NCBI GenBank assembly: GCA_030614915.1
Contig: JAUXAG010000004.1
Location: forward strand, 77,065 to 141,064
DNA length: 64,000 bases
From: Actinomycetes bacterium
GTDB taxonomy: Bacteria > Planctomycetota > Phycisphaerae > JAACET01
Reading direction: 5' to 3'
In this document: piece after piece, positions 21,331-31,458 of the stretch
Numbering within the stretch: the first letter of the stretch is position 1
Layout of the letters: every line of letters begins with the position of its first letter
Translations under genes and position numbers: made by a program
The notes under the pieces: generated by a model
Told to the model about the DNA's origin: nothing
Seen by the model: only the letters and a program-made list of their open reading frames with translations
The model's database searches: none

Positions 21331-22548
21331 CTACTCAATCACCTTTACGACCACACCGGCGCCGACGGTGCGTCCACCCTCACGAACGGCAAAGCGCAGG
21401 CCGTCCTCCATGGCAATGGGTGAGCCAATCTGGACCTCCATAACAATGTTATCGCCGGGCAGGCACATCTCAGCTTCCTTGCCACTTTCAGAAACCAACT
21501 TTACAACAGAGCCGGTTACATCAGTGGTGCGGAAATAGAACTGGGGCCTGTAACCGGGGAAAAACGGGCTGTGCCGTCCACCTTCCTCTTTGGTCAGGAC
21601 GTAGACCTGGGCCTGGAACTTGGTATGGGGGGTGATACTGCCGGGTTTGGCGAGGACCTGTCCTCTCCTGAGCTCCTTTTTTTCGACGCCGCGGAGCAGG
21701 CAGCCGACGTTGTCACCGGCCTGGCCCTCATTGAGGGTTTTATTGAACATCTCGACGCCGGTAACAACCGTCTTGCGGGACTCGGCGGCCAAACCAACGA
21801 TTTCAACGTTATCCCCGACCTTTACCATGCCTCGCTCGATGCGTCCGGTACCTACGGTACCGCGGCCTTTGATGCTGAATACATCTTCGATGGGCAAAAG
21901 GAAAGGCAAGTCCGTCTGGCGGGCAGGCTCGGGGATGTAATTATCCAAGGCCTCAATCAACTCCTTGATGGGCTTTTCGGCTTCCTCGTCGCCCTTCATG
22001 GCTCCCAGGGCATTGCCCTTGATGACGGGAACGTCGTCGCCGGGGAATTCGTACTTGCTGAGGAGCTCGCGGACTTCGAGCTCGACAAGCTCGATGAGCT
22101 CCGGATCATCAACCAAATCGATTTTGTTGAGGAAGACTACTAAGGCTGGCACGTTAACCTGCCTGGCCAAGAGGACGTGCTCGCGGGTCTGCATCATCGG
22201 CCCGTCGGCAGCGGAGACGACGAGGATGGCACCATCCATCTGGGCGGCGCCGGTAATCATGTTCTTGATATAGTCGGCGTGTCCGGGGCAGTCGATATGA
22301 GCGTAGTGCCGATTGGCGGAGGAATACTCCACGTGGGCAACGGCGATGGTTAGAATCTTAGTGGCATCCCTTCGTCCGTCCTTTTCCGAGGCCTTTGCTA
22401 TCTGGTCGTAGGTGCGGACGTTGGCTAAGCCCTGCTTGGCCAATACCGAGGTAATGGCCGCAGTCAAGGTTGTTTTGCCATGATCAACGTGTCCAATGGT
22501 CCCGACATTAACGTGGGGCTTGGTACGCTCAAAAACCTCCTTTGCCAT
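21331..22548 (-). CDS. tuf: Elongation factor Tu
   Basis: [21 protein letters not shown] motifs. Confidence 0.99.
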   Translation of the reverse strand: MAKEVFERTKPHVNVGTIGHVDHGKTTLTAAITSVLAKQGLANVRTYDQIAKASEKDGRRDATKILTIAVAHVEYSSANRHYAHIDCPGHADYIKNMITGAAQMDGAILVVSAADGPMMQTREHVLLARQVNVPALVVFLNKIDLVDDPELIELVELEVRELLSKYEFPGDDVPVIKGNALGAMKGDEEAEKPIKELIEALDNYIPEPARQTDLPFLLPIEDVFSIKGRGTVGTGRIERGMVKVGDNVEIVGLAAESRKTVVTGVEMFNKTLNEGQAGDNVGCLLRGVEKKELRRGQVLAKPGSITPHTKFQAQVYVLTKEEGGRHSPFFPGYRPQFYFRTTDVTGSVVKLVSESGKEAEMCLPGDNIVMEVQIGSPIAMEDGLRFAVREGGRTVGAGVVVKVIE

Positions 22549-22681
22549 GTGACACCAACCTTCCTTTGCTCAGAAGTATTCTTACGGACAGCGAACCCAC
22601 AAAGCGCTTGGGGCAGTCTGCGGGCGAGACATTACGATATTCACGACTCAGCAACAGCAGCACGTCCAGCCGAGAGGCAAG

Positions 22682-22753
22682 AGCTGCTGATGGGGGTCGA
22701 ACCCATGACCCCGTCCTTACCAAGGACGTGCTCTACCACTGAGCTACAGCAGC
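22682..22753 (-). tRNA. tRNA-Thr (GGT)
   Basis: GCTGCTG acceptor, CGTCC-TT GGT AA-GGACG anticodon arm, GGTTCGAC T-loop; upstream of tuf. Confidence 0.96.
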
Positions 22754-22939
22754 GCAGAGAGACATATTCGAGCCGCCCTGGGGGCCTTGAGACCCAACCC
22801 CGTACCGCGATCAAGCGGTAACTATATTACGATAATCAACAGGACAGCAAGCCACATGAGCCGTAACTGTCCTGTACACCTAGCTGTATATATACACCTT
22901 TGCCACGCCTGGCTGACAAAGAGCGATGCTGAATTTGGT

Positions 22940-22969
22940 ACTGTATGATATCTGCGATACTAGTGTCAA
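22940..22969 (-). promoter_or_regulatory. sigma70-type promoter upstream of tRNA-Thr/tuf cluster
   Basis: TTGACA-18 nt-TACAGT on minus strand, preceded by an A/T tract. Confidence 0.45.
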
Positions 22970-23358
22970 TAAAAAATTTACGAAAATTTTTTTCCCAGGC
23001 TTAGCCCGCCCCCAATAATCTAGCACTCCATTGGTTACTAATCGACTGTAAATCCAAGTATTATCAAAAAAACTCGGTTAATCGATTAAATAGACAAAAA
23101 CAGGGGGGAAATGCCGCGAGCTGCCGATTTTTCGGCAGGTATTCCGGACTAGCCGATGGGACAACGATGTTTATGAGTGATGCTTTGCGGGTTCGCACGT
23201 GGATATAATACACAGAACTACACAATTCATATGCACTTATGGATAAATACCCCCGAGAGCCGGTCTTGGGACAACTTGAGATTACTGCTAAAGCAGTGAT
23301 AAGGCCGCGTCGTCCCGATTTATCGGGACACCTCGCAAAATCTCGTGAAATATCCGGG

Positions 23359-26055
23359 CTAGGCGGGCTGGATGCTGACGGCGCAGACCTTGAACTCGGG
23401 GATCTTGGCGATGGGGTCGAGGGCGGCGATGGTCAGGCGATTGGCGGGGGCTTCTCGATAGTGAAAAGCTAAAAAGACCGTGGCGGGGGCAACGCGGTCG
23501 GTCAGGCGGGCGGCGATCTCGATCTGCCCCCGGCGTGAGGCGACGCGGACGTTTTGGCCGTCGGCGATGGCCAGACGATCGGCATCGGCGGGGTTGATTT
23601 CAATAGCTCCGACGGAAACCAGTTCGTCGAGGACTTCGGAGCGGCGGCTCATGGTGCCGGTGTGGAAGTGCTCAAGTATTCGGCCGGTGCTCAGAAGGAA
23701 GGGATAGTCCTGGTCGGGAAGTTCCTTGGCAGGGATGAACTCGACGGGGTGGAATTTGCCCAGGCCTCTAGTAAATCGGCCCTTGTGGAGGTAGGGGGTG
23801 CCGGGATGATCGGCGTCGGGGCAGGGCCATTGCAGGGATTGGTGGGTGAGACGGTCGTAGGTGATTCCGCCATAGATGGGGGTGAGCGAAGCGATTTCGT
23901 CCTGTATCTGCGAGACGTGGTCGTAGGAGACTGGATAGCCCATGCGGCGGGCGAGATCGCAGAGGATGTCCCAGTCGAGGCGAGATTGGCCGGGAGGCTC
24001 CAGGCCGGCTCGGAGCATTTGGACGCGGCGCTCGGTGTTGGTGAAGGTCCCGTCCTTCTCGGCAAAAGCAGTTGCGGGCAGGACGACGTCGGCCAGCTGG
24101 GCGGTCTCGGAGAGGAAGATGTCCTGGACGACGAGGAAGTCGAGGTTTTTGAGGGCTTTTTCGACGTGGTTGACGTCGGGGTCCGATAACATGGGGTTTT
24201 CGCCCATGATGTAGATGGCTTTGAGTTTGCCTTGGGCGGCGGCGTTGATGATTTCGACGACGGTGAGGCCTGGCTTTGGCGAGAGCTTGGCGGCCCAGGC
24301 TTTTTCGAACTTGGCCTGGAGGTCGGGATTGTCAACTTTCTGGTATCCGGGATAGACGTTGGGCAGGGCGGCCAGGTCGCAGGCGCCCTGGACGTTGTTT
24401 TGTCCGCGGAGGGGATTGACTCCGGCGCCGGGTTTGCCGAGGTTGCCGGTGAGCATGGCCAAGTTGGCCAGGGAGAGGACGTTGTCGGTGCCGGTGGTGT
24501 GCTGAGTGATGCCCATGGAGTAGACGATGGAAGCGGCTGGGGCCTGGGCATAGATGCGGGCGGCGCGGATGATGTCGGCAGCAGGGACGGAAGTAATCTT
24601 CTCGGCGAACTCGGGAGTGTAGGGCTCGACGGCTTTGCAGAGCTGGTCGAAGTCCTCGGTGCGTTCGGCAATGAACTGTTTGTCGGCGAGGTCCTCGGCA
24701 AGGATGACGTTCATCATGGCGTTGATGAGGGCTACGTCGGTGCCGCCTTTTTGCTGCATGTGGATAGTGGAGAATTCGGTGAGCTCGATGGCACGTGGGT
24801 CGGCGACAATGAGCGGGGCGTTTCGCTGAACGGCGGCGCGCTTGATGGCTGAGCCGATGATGGGATGGCACTCGGTGGTGTTTGAGCCGATGACGAAGAT
24901 GCAGTCGGTGACTTCGAAGTCCTCAATGGAATTGGTCATGGCTCCAGAGCCGAAGGCCCGAGCCAGGCCGACAACGGTGGAGGCGTGGCAGAGGCGGGCG
25001 CAGTGGTCAACGTTGTTGGTGCCGATCACAGCCCGGATGAATTTCTGGAAGATGTAGTTCTCTTCGTTGGTGCACTTAGCCGAGGCCAATCCGGCGATGG
25101 CGTCCGGGCCGAACTGATTTTTGATGGTCAAAAGTCGCTGAGCAACGAGATCGAGGGCCTGGTCCCAGGTTGCAGGGACAAGTTTTCCGTCGCGGCGGAT
25201 GAGCGGGGCAGTGAGGCGTTCGGCGTGGGAGATAAAATCGATGCCGAAGCGTCCCTTGACACACAAAAGGCCCTTGTTGATGCCCAGGTCAGGATGAGAA
25301 GTGATCTGGACAACTCGATTCTTGCGGATGTTCATGAGAATGGTACAGCCGCAGCCACAGTAGGGACAGATGGTGGGGACGGTTTCGAGTTCCCATTCTC
25401 GTCCGGCACCTTCGGCGGCGGCATAGGACATGGCCCCTGTGGGACAGACGTCGATGCAGTTTCCGCATTCAGTGCAAACGGATTGCTCGCGGGATTGTCC
25501 AGGGGGCAGGGAGATGCGGGTGTCAAATCCTCGGCCGAGGTAATCAATGGCTTCGCTGATCTGAAGATTCTGGCAGATTTGGACGCATCGGCCACAAAGG
25601 ATACACTTGCTGCGGTCGTAGACGATGGCTGGGCCGTCCTGGACGGGCTCGATGGGAATGGGGTCAACGGGAAAGCTAGGCTGCTTTACGCCCAGTTGGT
25701 AGGCGTACTTTTGGAGGTCGCATTTGCCGGCCTTATCGCAGGTCAAACAGTCGTGCGGATGGTCGGAGAGCAAGAGCTCAATGACCATGCGGCGGGTCTG
25801 GCGGAGCTTTTCAGTGTCGGTACGAACGACCATTCCCGCAGCGGCAGGATGGGAACAGGAAGGCACAAGGGATCCGGCAGCTTCGAGCTCGACGAGACAA
25901 AGCCGACAGGAACTGGTGGGGGGTAAGCCCCAAGCAGGGTCGTAGCAAAGGTGGGGGATGTCGATACCGGCATTGAGGGCGGCCTGGAGTATGGTAGTAC
26001 CTTCCGGTACGTTGACTTGGGTGTTGTCGATGGTAAGTGAGATTTCTTGGGGCAT
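23359..26055 (-). CDS. fdhF: Formate dehydrogenase alpha subunit (Mo/W-bisPGD, Cys ligand) with N-terminal NuoG-like Fe-S domain
   Basis: 2Fe-2S N-terminus, HxxxCxxC, two CxxCxxCxxxC, CPYCGCGC, NNVDHCARLCH, RGQNNVQGACD. Confidence 0.93.
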   Translation of the reverse strand: MPQEISLTIDNTQVNVPEGTTILQAALNAGIDIPHLCYDPAWGLPPTSSCRLCLVELEAAGSLVPSCSHPAAAGMVVRTDTEKLRQTRRMVIELLLSDHPHDCLTCDKAGKCDLQKYAYQLGVKQPSFPVDPIPIEPVQDGPAIVYDRSKCILCGRCVQICQNLQISEAIDYLGRGFDTRISLPPGQSREQSVCTECGNCIDVCPTGAMSYAAAEGAGREWELETVPTICPYCGCGCTILMNIRKNRVVQITSHPDLGINKGLLCVKGRFGIDFISHAERLTAPLIRRDGKLVPATWDQALDLVAQRLLTIKNQFGPDAIAGLASAKCTNEENYIFQKFIRAVIGTNNVDHCARLCHASTVVGLARAFGSGAMTNSIEDFEVTDCIFVIGSNTTECHPIIGSAIKRAAVQRNAPLIVADPRAIELTEFSTIHMQQKGGTDVALINAMMNVILAEDLADKQFIAERTEDFDQLCKAVEPYTPEFAEKITSVPAADIIRAARIYAQAPAASIVYSMGITQHTTGTDNVLSLANLAMLTGNLGKPGAGVNPLRGQNNVQGACDLAALPNVYPGYQKVDNPDLQAKFEKAWAAKLSPKPGLTVVEIINAAAQGKLKAIYIMGENPMLSDPDVNHVEKALKNLDFLVVQDIFLSETAQLADVVLPATAFAEKDGTFTNTERRVQMLRAGLEPPGQSRLDWDILCDLARRMGYPVSYDHVSQIQDEIASLTPIYGGITYDRLTHQSLQWPCPDADHPGTPYLHKGRFTRGLGKFHPVEFIPAKELPDQDYPFLLSTGRILEHFHTGTMSRRSEVLDELVSVGAIEINPADADRLAIADGQNVRVASRRGQIEIAARLTDRVAPATVFLAFHYREAPANRLTIAALDPIAKIPEFKVCAVSIQPA

Positions 26056-26078
26056 ATCTTATAACCTTGGCTAAATAA

Positions 26079-29000
26079 TCACTCCAGGTCGCAGCGGAGA
26101 CAGCGGCGGGCCTCGGCGCAAGCGGCCTGTAGAGAATAGCCCTTGAGGACCTCTTCGAAGTTTCCGCGGCGTTTGGCGGGTGAGAGGGCGCGAACGGGGC
26201 GGCGGGGCATCTCGGCCTGCTCTTCGTCGGGTTTGGCGCGGGAGGCGAAGCCGGTGTCGGGCGGAAGCTCGCCTTTGCCTCCGAGAAAGACGTCGATGGC
26301 CTGGGCGGCGCGCTGGCCGGCGGCAATAGCCTGGATAATGGTGGCCGGTCCGGTGACGGCGTCTCCGCCAGCGAAAACGTCGCCCTGCCCCGAGCGCTGG
26401 GTGAGGGGGTGTACATCAATCCAACCCCGGGAGACAGCGAGTTTGCCGTCGGTGGCGGCGAAGCTGAGCTCGGGGCCTTGGCCAATGGCTACGATTACGT
26501 GGTCGGTTTCGATAAGGACTTCGCTGTCGGGTTTGGGAATGGGGCGGCGGCGTCCGGATTCGTCGGCGTCGGCGAGTATCATCTCGGTACATTTTACGGC
26601 CCGGACATGAGAGTCGCCCTGGATCTCGATGGGGGCAACGAGGAAGTGCATGTCGATGCCTTCGGCGAGGGCTTCTTCGATCTCCTCACGAATGGCGGGC
26701 ATCTCCTCGCGGCTGCGGCGGTACAAGAGGGTTACGCGGTCTGCACCAAGTCTAAGAGCGGCACGAGCAGAATCGATGGCGGCGTTCCCACCGCCGATGA
26801 CGGCGACCCGGCCGGAGATGTCCTTGATTTGGCCGAGATTTGCCTGGCGGAGGAAGGCCAAGGCGTCGTGGACACCGTCGGTCTGTTCGCCGGGGATGGC
26901 GAGGGTGCGGCTTTTGTGGGCCCCGACGGCAAGGAAGATGGCATTGAAGCCGGCGTCGCGGAGCTCCTGGAGGGATTCGATTCTTCGAGAAGTTTCGATT
27001 TTCACGCCGGCGCGGCAGATGTAGTCAATGTCTCGCTGGAGGGCTTCGGGCGGCAGGCGATAAGAAGGGATGCCGGTGGCCAAGACTCCGCCGACGACGT
27101 CGAGGGCTTCGAACACCTTTACATCCCGGCCCATGAGGGCAAGGAAATAGGCAGCGGTCAAGCCAGCGGGGCCGGAGCCGATGACGGCGACTCGGCCCTG
27201 ACGAGGGCCTTGCCAAACGGGTGGATTGGCGGGGCGCTTCTCTCTGTCGGCGACAAATCGCTTGAGATGGCGGACGGCGATGGGTGAATCGAGGTCCCCG
27301 CGACGGCAAAAAATCTCGCAGGGGTGATCGCAGGCCCGGCCGCAAACCGAAGGAAATGGATTTCTCCTGCGGATAATATCGAGGGCCTGGGCGAATCGGC
27401 CCTCGGCGATGAGGGCGACGTATTCGGGGACATTTACGTGGGCTGGGCAGGCACTGGTACAGACGGTGGTAACCAGGGCTGGGCAGGCGTTTGCGGGGCA
27501 GCGCTTTTCGATGATATGAGCTTCATACTCGTCGCGGAAATAGCGGATGGTGGAGAGGACGGGATTGGGCGCGGTCTGGCCCAGGCCGCATAAGGAGGTC
27601 TCGGCGATCATTCGGCCGAGTTGGACGAGGCGGTCGATGTCGGCCAACTCGCCCTGCCCCTCAGTGATGCGGGTGAGGATTTCCAACATTCGCCTGGTGC
27701 CGACGCGGCAGGGGACACATTTGCCGCAGGATTCCTTCTGCACGAAATCAGTGAAGAATCGAGCGATGTCGACCATGCAGGTGGCCTGGTCCATGACGAT
27801 GAGGCCTCCGGAGCCCATGATGGCCCCGATCTGCTTGACGGAGTCGTAATCGAGAGGGATGTCGAGGTACTGAGCGGGGACGCATCCGCCGGAAGGCCCG
27901 CCGATCTGGGCGGCCTTGAACTTTCTTCCGCGAGGAATGCCACCGCCGATGTCAAAGATGATTCGGCGTAAGGTGGTGCCCATGGGGACTTCGACGAGGC
28001 CGGTGTTGTTGACCTTTCCAGCCAAGGCGAAGATTTTTGTTCCCTTGGAGCCCTCTGTGCCGACGGCGCGATAAGCGTCTCTACCTTTGAGAACAATCAG
28101 TGGTATGTTCGCAAGGGTTTCTACGTTATTAATGTTTGTTGGTTTGCCGCGAAATCCGCAGGTAGCGGGGAAGGGCGGGCGCGGGCGGGGCATGCCTCTG
28201 GCCCCTTCAAGAGAGGCGATCAAGGCAGTTTCCTCACCACAAACAAAGGCGCCTGCGCCTTTATGAATGGTGATGTCAAAGTCGAATCCGCTATTGAGAA
28301 TGTTCATTCCCAAAAGACCAATCTGGCGGACGTGCTGTAAGGCGATGTCGGTATTGCGGACTGCCAAGGGATACTCAGCTCGGACGTAAATAATGCCGTG
28401 TGAGGCCCCAATGGCATAGGCGGCAATAATCATGCCCTCGAGAATCGCGTGAGGGGTTCCTTCCAACAGGCTACGGTCCATAAAAGCGCCGGGGTCGCCC
28501 TCGTCAGCATTGCAGATGATGTACTTCGGCTGGCCGGGGGCGGTCCGGGTGAACTGCCATTTCTTTCCAGTGGAGAATCCGGCTCCGCCGCGGCCCCGCA
28601 AACCCGAGGCCAAGACCTCATCAATGACCTGATCAGGGGTCATGCGCTGCAGGGCCTTGACCGCGGCGGCATAGCCATCTCGGGCGATGTAGTCCTCGAT
28701 GTCCACCGGATCGAGAACACCGTTGAGGCGGAAGACGGCCCGCTGTTGCTTGGCGTAGAAGGGTACCTTATGGTCGCGGGAGATTTTCCTGCCCGTGGCG
28801 GGGTCTACGTAGAGCAATCTTCGGACCAATTTACCCTGAATGATGGTCTTTTCGACGATTTCGGGAACGTCCTCTATCTGCACACTGGGATAGAAGATTT
28901 TCTGAGGAAGGATTACGACAATGGGGCCTTTTTCGCAGAAGCCATGGCAGCCGGTGCGTTTGAGACGAACCTTGCCGTCCAAGCCGCGACGTTGAAGCTC

Positions 29001-29150
29001 GTCTTCAAAGGCTTTTTGAACATCAGGTGAAGCGAAGGCGGTACAGCCGGTCCCTCCGCAAAGAGTGATCAAGGTTTTGCGCGGGTCGAGGGCAACTTTT
29101 AGCTGCCTGTGCCATCGGTGGAAGTCGTCAATGGAAGTTAATCTCTCCAC
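26079..29150 (-). CDS. NuoF/HydB-like flavoprotein fused to a GltD/NfnB-like FAD/NAD(P)H oxidoreductase
   Basis: Thioredoxin-like 2Fe-2S, GLRGRGGAG, NADEGDPGAFMDR, ESCGKCVPCRVG; then CTSACP, VIGSGPAG, VIGGGNAA, YRRS, C-terminal EARRCLRC. Confidence 0.9.
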   Translation of the reverse strand: MERLTSIDDFHRWHRQLKVALDPRKTLITLCGGTGCTAFASPDVQKAFEDELQRRGLDGKVRLKRTGCHGFCEKGPIVVILPQKIFYPSVQIEDVPEIVEKTIIQGKLVRRLLYVDPATGRKISRDHKVPFYAKQQRAVFRLNGVLDPVDIEDYIARDGYAAAVKALQRMTPDQVIDEVLASGLRGRGGAGFSTGKKWQFTRTAPGQPKYIICNADEGDPGAFMDRSLLEGTPHAILEGMIIAAYAIGASHGIIYVRAEYPLAVRNTDIALQHVRQIGLLGMNILNSGFDFDITIHKGAGAFVCGEETALIASLEGARGMPRPRPPFPATCGFRGKPTNINNVETLANIPLIVLKGRDAYRAVGTEGSKGTKIFALAGKVNNTGLVEVPMGTTLRRIIFDIGGGIPRGRKFKAAQIGGPSGGCVPAQYLDIPLDYDSVKQIGAIMGSGGLIVMDQATCMVDIARFFTDFVQKESCGKCVPCRVGTRRMLEILTRITEGQGELADIDRLVQLGRMIAETSLCGLGQTAPNPVLSTIRYFRDEYEAHIIEKRCPANACPALVTTVCTSACPAHVNVPEYVALIAEGRFAQALDIIRRRNPFPSVCGRACDHPCEIFCRRGDLDSPIAVRHLKRFVADREKRPANPPVWQGPRQGRVAVIGSGPAGLTAAYFLALMGRDVKVFEALDVVGGVLATGIPSYRLPPEALQRDIDYICRAGVKIETSRRIESLQELRDAGFNAIFLAVGAHKSRTLAIPGEQTDGVHDALAFLRQANLGQIKDISGRVAVIGGGNAAIDSARAALRLGADRVTLLYRRSREEMPAIREEIEEALAEGIDMHFLVAPIEIQGDSHVRAVKCTEMILADADESGRRRPIPKPDSEVLIETDHVIVAIGQGPELSFAATDGKLAVSRGWIDVHPLTQRSGQGDVFAGGDAVTGPATIIQAIAAGQRAAQAIDVFLGGKGELPPDTGFASRAKPDEEQAEMPRRPVRALSPAKRRGNFEEVLKGYSLQAACAEARRCLRCDLE

Positions 29151-29677
29151 TATTGCCTCTCTTGGGATATAGATCCTTCGGCCTTGATGCTTTTGAGGAC
29201 ACTGTCGATGCGTCGGGGAGTGGCCTTTCCAATGTAGGTGGAGTCAACCATTACAACCGGTGAAAGAGCACAAGCACCGAGACAGGCCACAGTTTCAAAA
29301 GTAAACATCATATCTTCAGTGGTCTGGCCGTCATCGATACCCAAGTTTTTGCGGATGGCATTGATAACCATTCTTCCGCCCCGAACATAGCAAGCGGTTC
29401 CGCGACAACAGCGGATGGTGTGCCGGCCGCGGGGAGAGGTATAGAACTGGGCGTAGAAGCTGACTACGCCGTAGATTCGACTGAGAGGTATTCTGGTGCG
29501 GCGACTGATCTGGACAAGTGCGGGGGCGGGTAAGTAGCCGAAGTGGTCCTGGAGTTGCTGGAGTAGGCCAATAAGGTTGCCGTCGGGGCAGGGTTTGAGC
29601 TCGTCAAGGAGGGCCTGTATCTGATCGTGGGAAGGTTCGGCGGCAGGCGAAACGGGGAGGGTGTTGGTTTGATCCAT
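29150..29677 (-). CDS. NuoE/HydC-like 2Fe-2S subunit
   Basis: YGVVSFY, CRGTAC, CLGACALSP. Confidence 0.92.
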   Translation of the reverse strand: MDQTNTLPVSPAAEPSHDQIQALLDELKPCPDGNLIGLLQQLQDHFGYLPAPALVQISRRTRIPLSRIYGVVSFYAQFYTSPRGRHTIRCCRGTACYVRGGRMVINAIRKNLGIDDGQTTEDMMFTFETVACLGACALSPVVMVDSTYIGKATPRRIDSVLKSIKAEGSISQERQ

Positions 29678-29861
29678 GCCTTCGATGCCTCAAACAAACC
29701 GCATTTTCATAGGGTAGCTTACAGCGTGGGCCGACGCTTGGCCAGAAGAATTACAGACCGTCGCGGCAGGAGATTCAAGGTTTGGCCAAGGGCGGGGCTG
29801 GAGTGGAAGGATGCCCGCAAGTGGAAGCAGTAATAATTTTGTGGGCGAGATAATCATCAGC

Positions 29862-29904
29862 AAAGAGGCGGCCGGCCCGGGTGAACGGGGCAAACCGCCT
29901 CTTT
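29862..29904. terminator. Probable bidirectional hairpin terminator
   Basis: AAAGAGGCGG...CCGCCTCTTT downstream of the prepilin-type gene. Confidence 0.5.
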
Positions 29905-29986
29905 CTCAAACATCTAAGAGCGCCCGCTGCAGGTGCATTGGCCGGCACTGGTCCATGCTGACGGCTGGCTATCGAACTGGCCAGCC

Positions 29987-30805
29987 CTACCAGGCCACGT
30001 TCGCCGAACTACTAATCAGATAGGTGTCGTCGGTAGTGGTATTATCACTGTAGATGTTGTCACCCAACTCGCCGTCGGAGTAGCCGACTATGCACTTATC
30101 CTTCATGGTGCCGGTGGTTTCGCTATAGGCCACCACGGAACCGTGTGCTCCTCCAAGAACGTTCTGCATAGCCGGGAGCATGGGATGGTTGCCGCCGGCA
30201 AAGTCGGTGTATGCGCCGGCGTCGTTGAGTTCGCCGCGGTCGCCAAAGACGGGCCAGTTTCCTGTAACATCGGGGCCGGGCTTATAGTTGCCCCGCTTAC
30301 GCGTGACAGTTGCGCTAGGATCCTCAGCAGCAGTAGGACGGGCACCGTCGATATCCTGGTAGGCGTAGTGGAGATACTTTTCCACGGCCGCATCTTTGTT
30401 ACCGGGATAATCACCGCCGATACCGATAAAGGCCCACTGATCTTCGGCCTCTCGGCCGCCAATGGTGGGACAGAGAAACAGCTTGAGAGGCAGATAGTTC
30501 AAGTGAGCCATCAAGGCCCAGCTGTCCTCGGGAGTAATGTCGTCCCTGCTGCTGTCATACGGTCTCCACTCACCAAGATTAGCGGGGTCCTCTATGTGCT
30601 CCCAACCGATGGGATATCTGTCCTTGTGGGCGTTGGAATACAGATAGGCGCTATTATCGGCGCCTTTAAGCCTAGTGCCACAAATGGCGCGGTTGGCCTG
30701 CTCTTTGGCCCTTTGCACGGCGGGGACGAGGATGGCTACTAAGAGGGCAATAATAGCCACGACAACCAACAGTTCGATAAGCGTAAAACCTTTGGGCCTT
30801 TTCAT
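29987..30805 (-). CDS. Prepilin-type N-terminal cleavage/methylation domain protein (DUF1559-like)
   Basis: [28 protein letters not shown] class III signal; LFLCP motif; AGGAGG RBS. Confidence 0.88.
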   Translation of the reverse strand: MKRPKGFTLIELLVVVAIIALLVAILVPAVQRAKEQANRAICGTRLKGADNSAYLYSNAHKDRYPIGWEHIEDPANLGEWRPYDSSRDDITPEDSWALMAHLNYLPLKLFLCPTIGGREAEDQWAFIGIGGDYPGNKDAAVEKYLHYAYQDIDGARPTAAEDPSATVTRKRGNYKPGPDVTGNWPVFGDRGELNDAGAYTDFAGGNHPMLPAMQNVLGGAHGSVVAYSETTGTMKDKCIVGYSDGELGDNIYSDNTTTDDTYLISSSANVAW

Positions 30806-31231
30806 AGGGTCCTCCTTTCGGAGACTCCAGTCAAGCCAACCGGTAACAGGCCGCCCGGACCAACGGAAAGACGTGAAGAATTATTTCGGCCAGAACTTCA
30901 GAAGTCCAGCGAAGTGGTCCCGGAACAAGCGACCGTAGTGAGGGTCGACTACACTGAGAAAGCCTCCACAAAAGATATAAAGAAAAACGAAACAAAAAAA
31001 CTTACACAAACACGCGTATGCAAAAACCTCCTGTTGTGCCCGCTGCAACGGCCCGGCCAGCAACAACCGGAAGGGTTCGGAACAAAGCGCGAAAGGGCAC
31101 GCCTCCGGTCGAGTTCCGCAAGTCAGGGTACGGTTTTAGAGGATGACAGCCAGGCAGGAATATAATAAGAAAGAATGATAGCTGCCCGAATCTAACTAGG
31201 CTCTCGCCTCCGTAAACAACCGTCCTTTAAT

Positions 31232-31260
31232 ATACTATCAGTTATGCGGGGCAGAGACAA
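31232..31260 (-). promoter_or_regulatory. sigma70-type promoter ~420 nt upstream of the prepilin-type gene
   Basis: TTGTCT-17 nt-TAGTAT on minus strand. Confidence 0.45.
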
Positions 31261-31458
31261 GAAAATTTTTTCCTTTTCTTGAAAGAATTTGAGCTCCTGG
31301 GCGTGGCCCGTGGGTGGCCGTGGTGGTATAATCGCCGGTGAGCCAGGCGTTTACGGCATGTAAGGTCTTGTTGTTACGTCGGTTACGGTTTAGGGCGGGT
31401 ATTCGAGCGGCGACGGCGTCTGGAAACCACTACGAGGGGCCTTTTTTGGGAGTTTCTC

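Noticed and set aside
1-22753. Contiguity of tuf-secE-nusG-rpl-rpoBC-str-S10 clusters
   Set aside because: Common ancestral-type gene order in many bacterial phyla; not novel.
24975-25020. Selenocysteine recoding in FDH
   Set aside because: The active-site segment reads CARLCH in an uninterrupted frame; no in-frame TGA.
29680-29860. Moco/Wco or c-di-GMP riboswitch upstream of the FDH operon
   Set aside because: I could not identify the conserved core motifs on the minus strand; an Infernal scan would be needed to exclude it fully.
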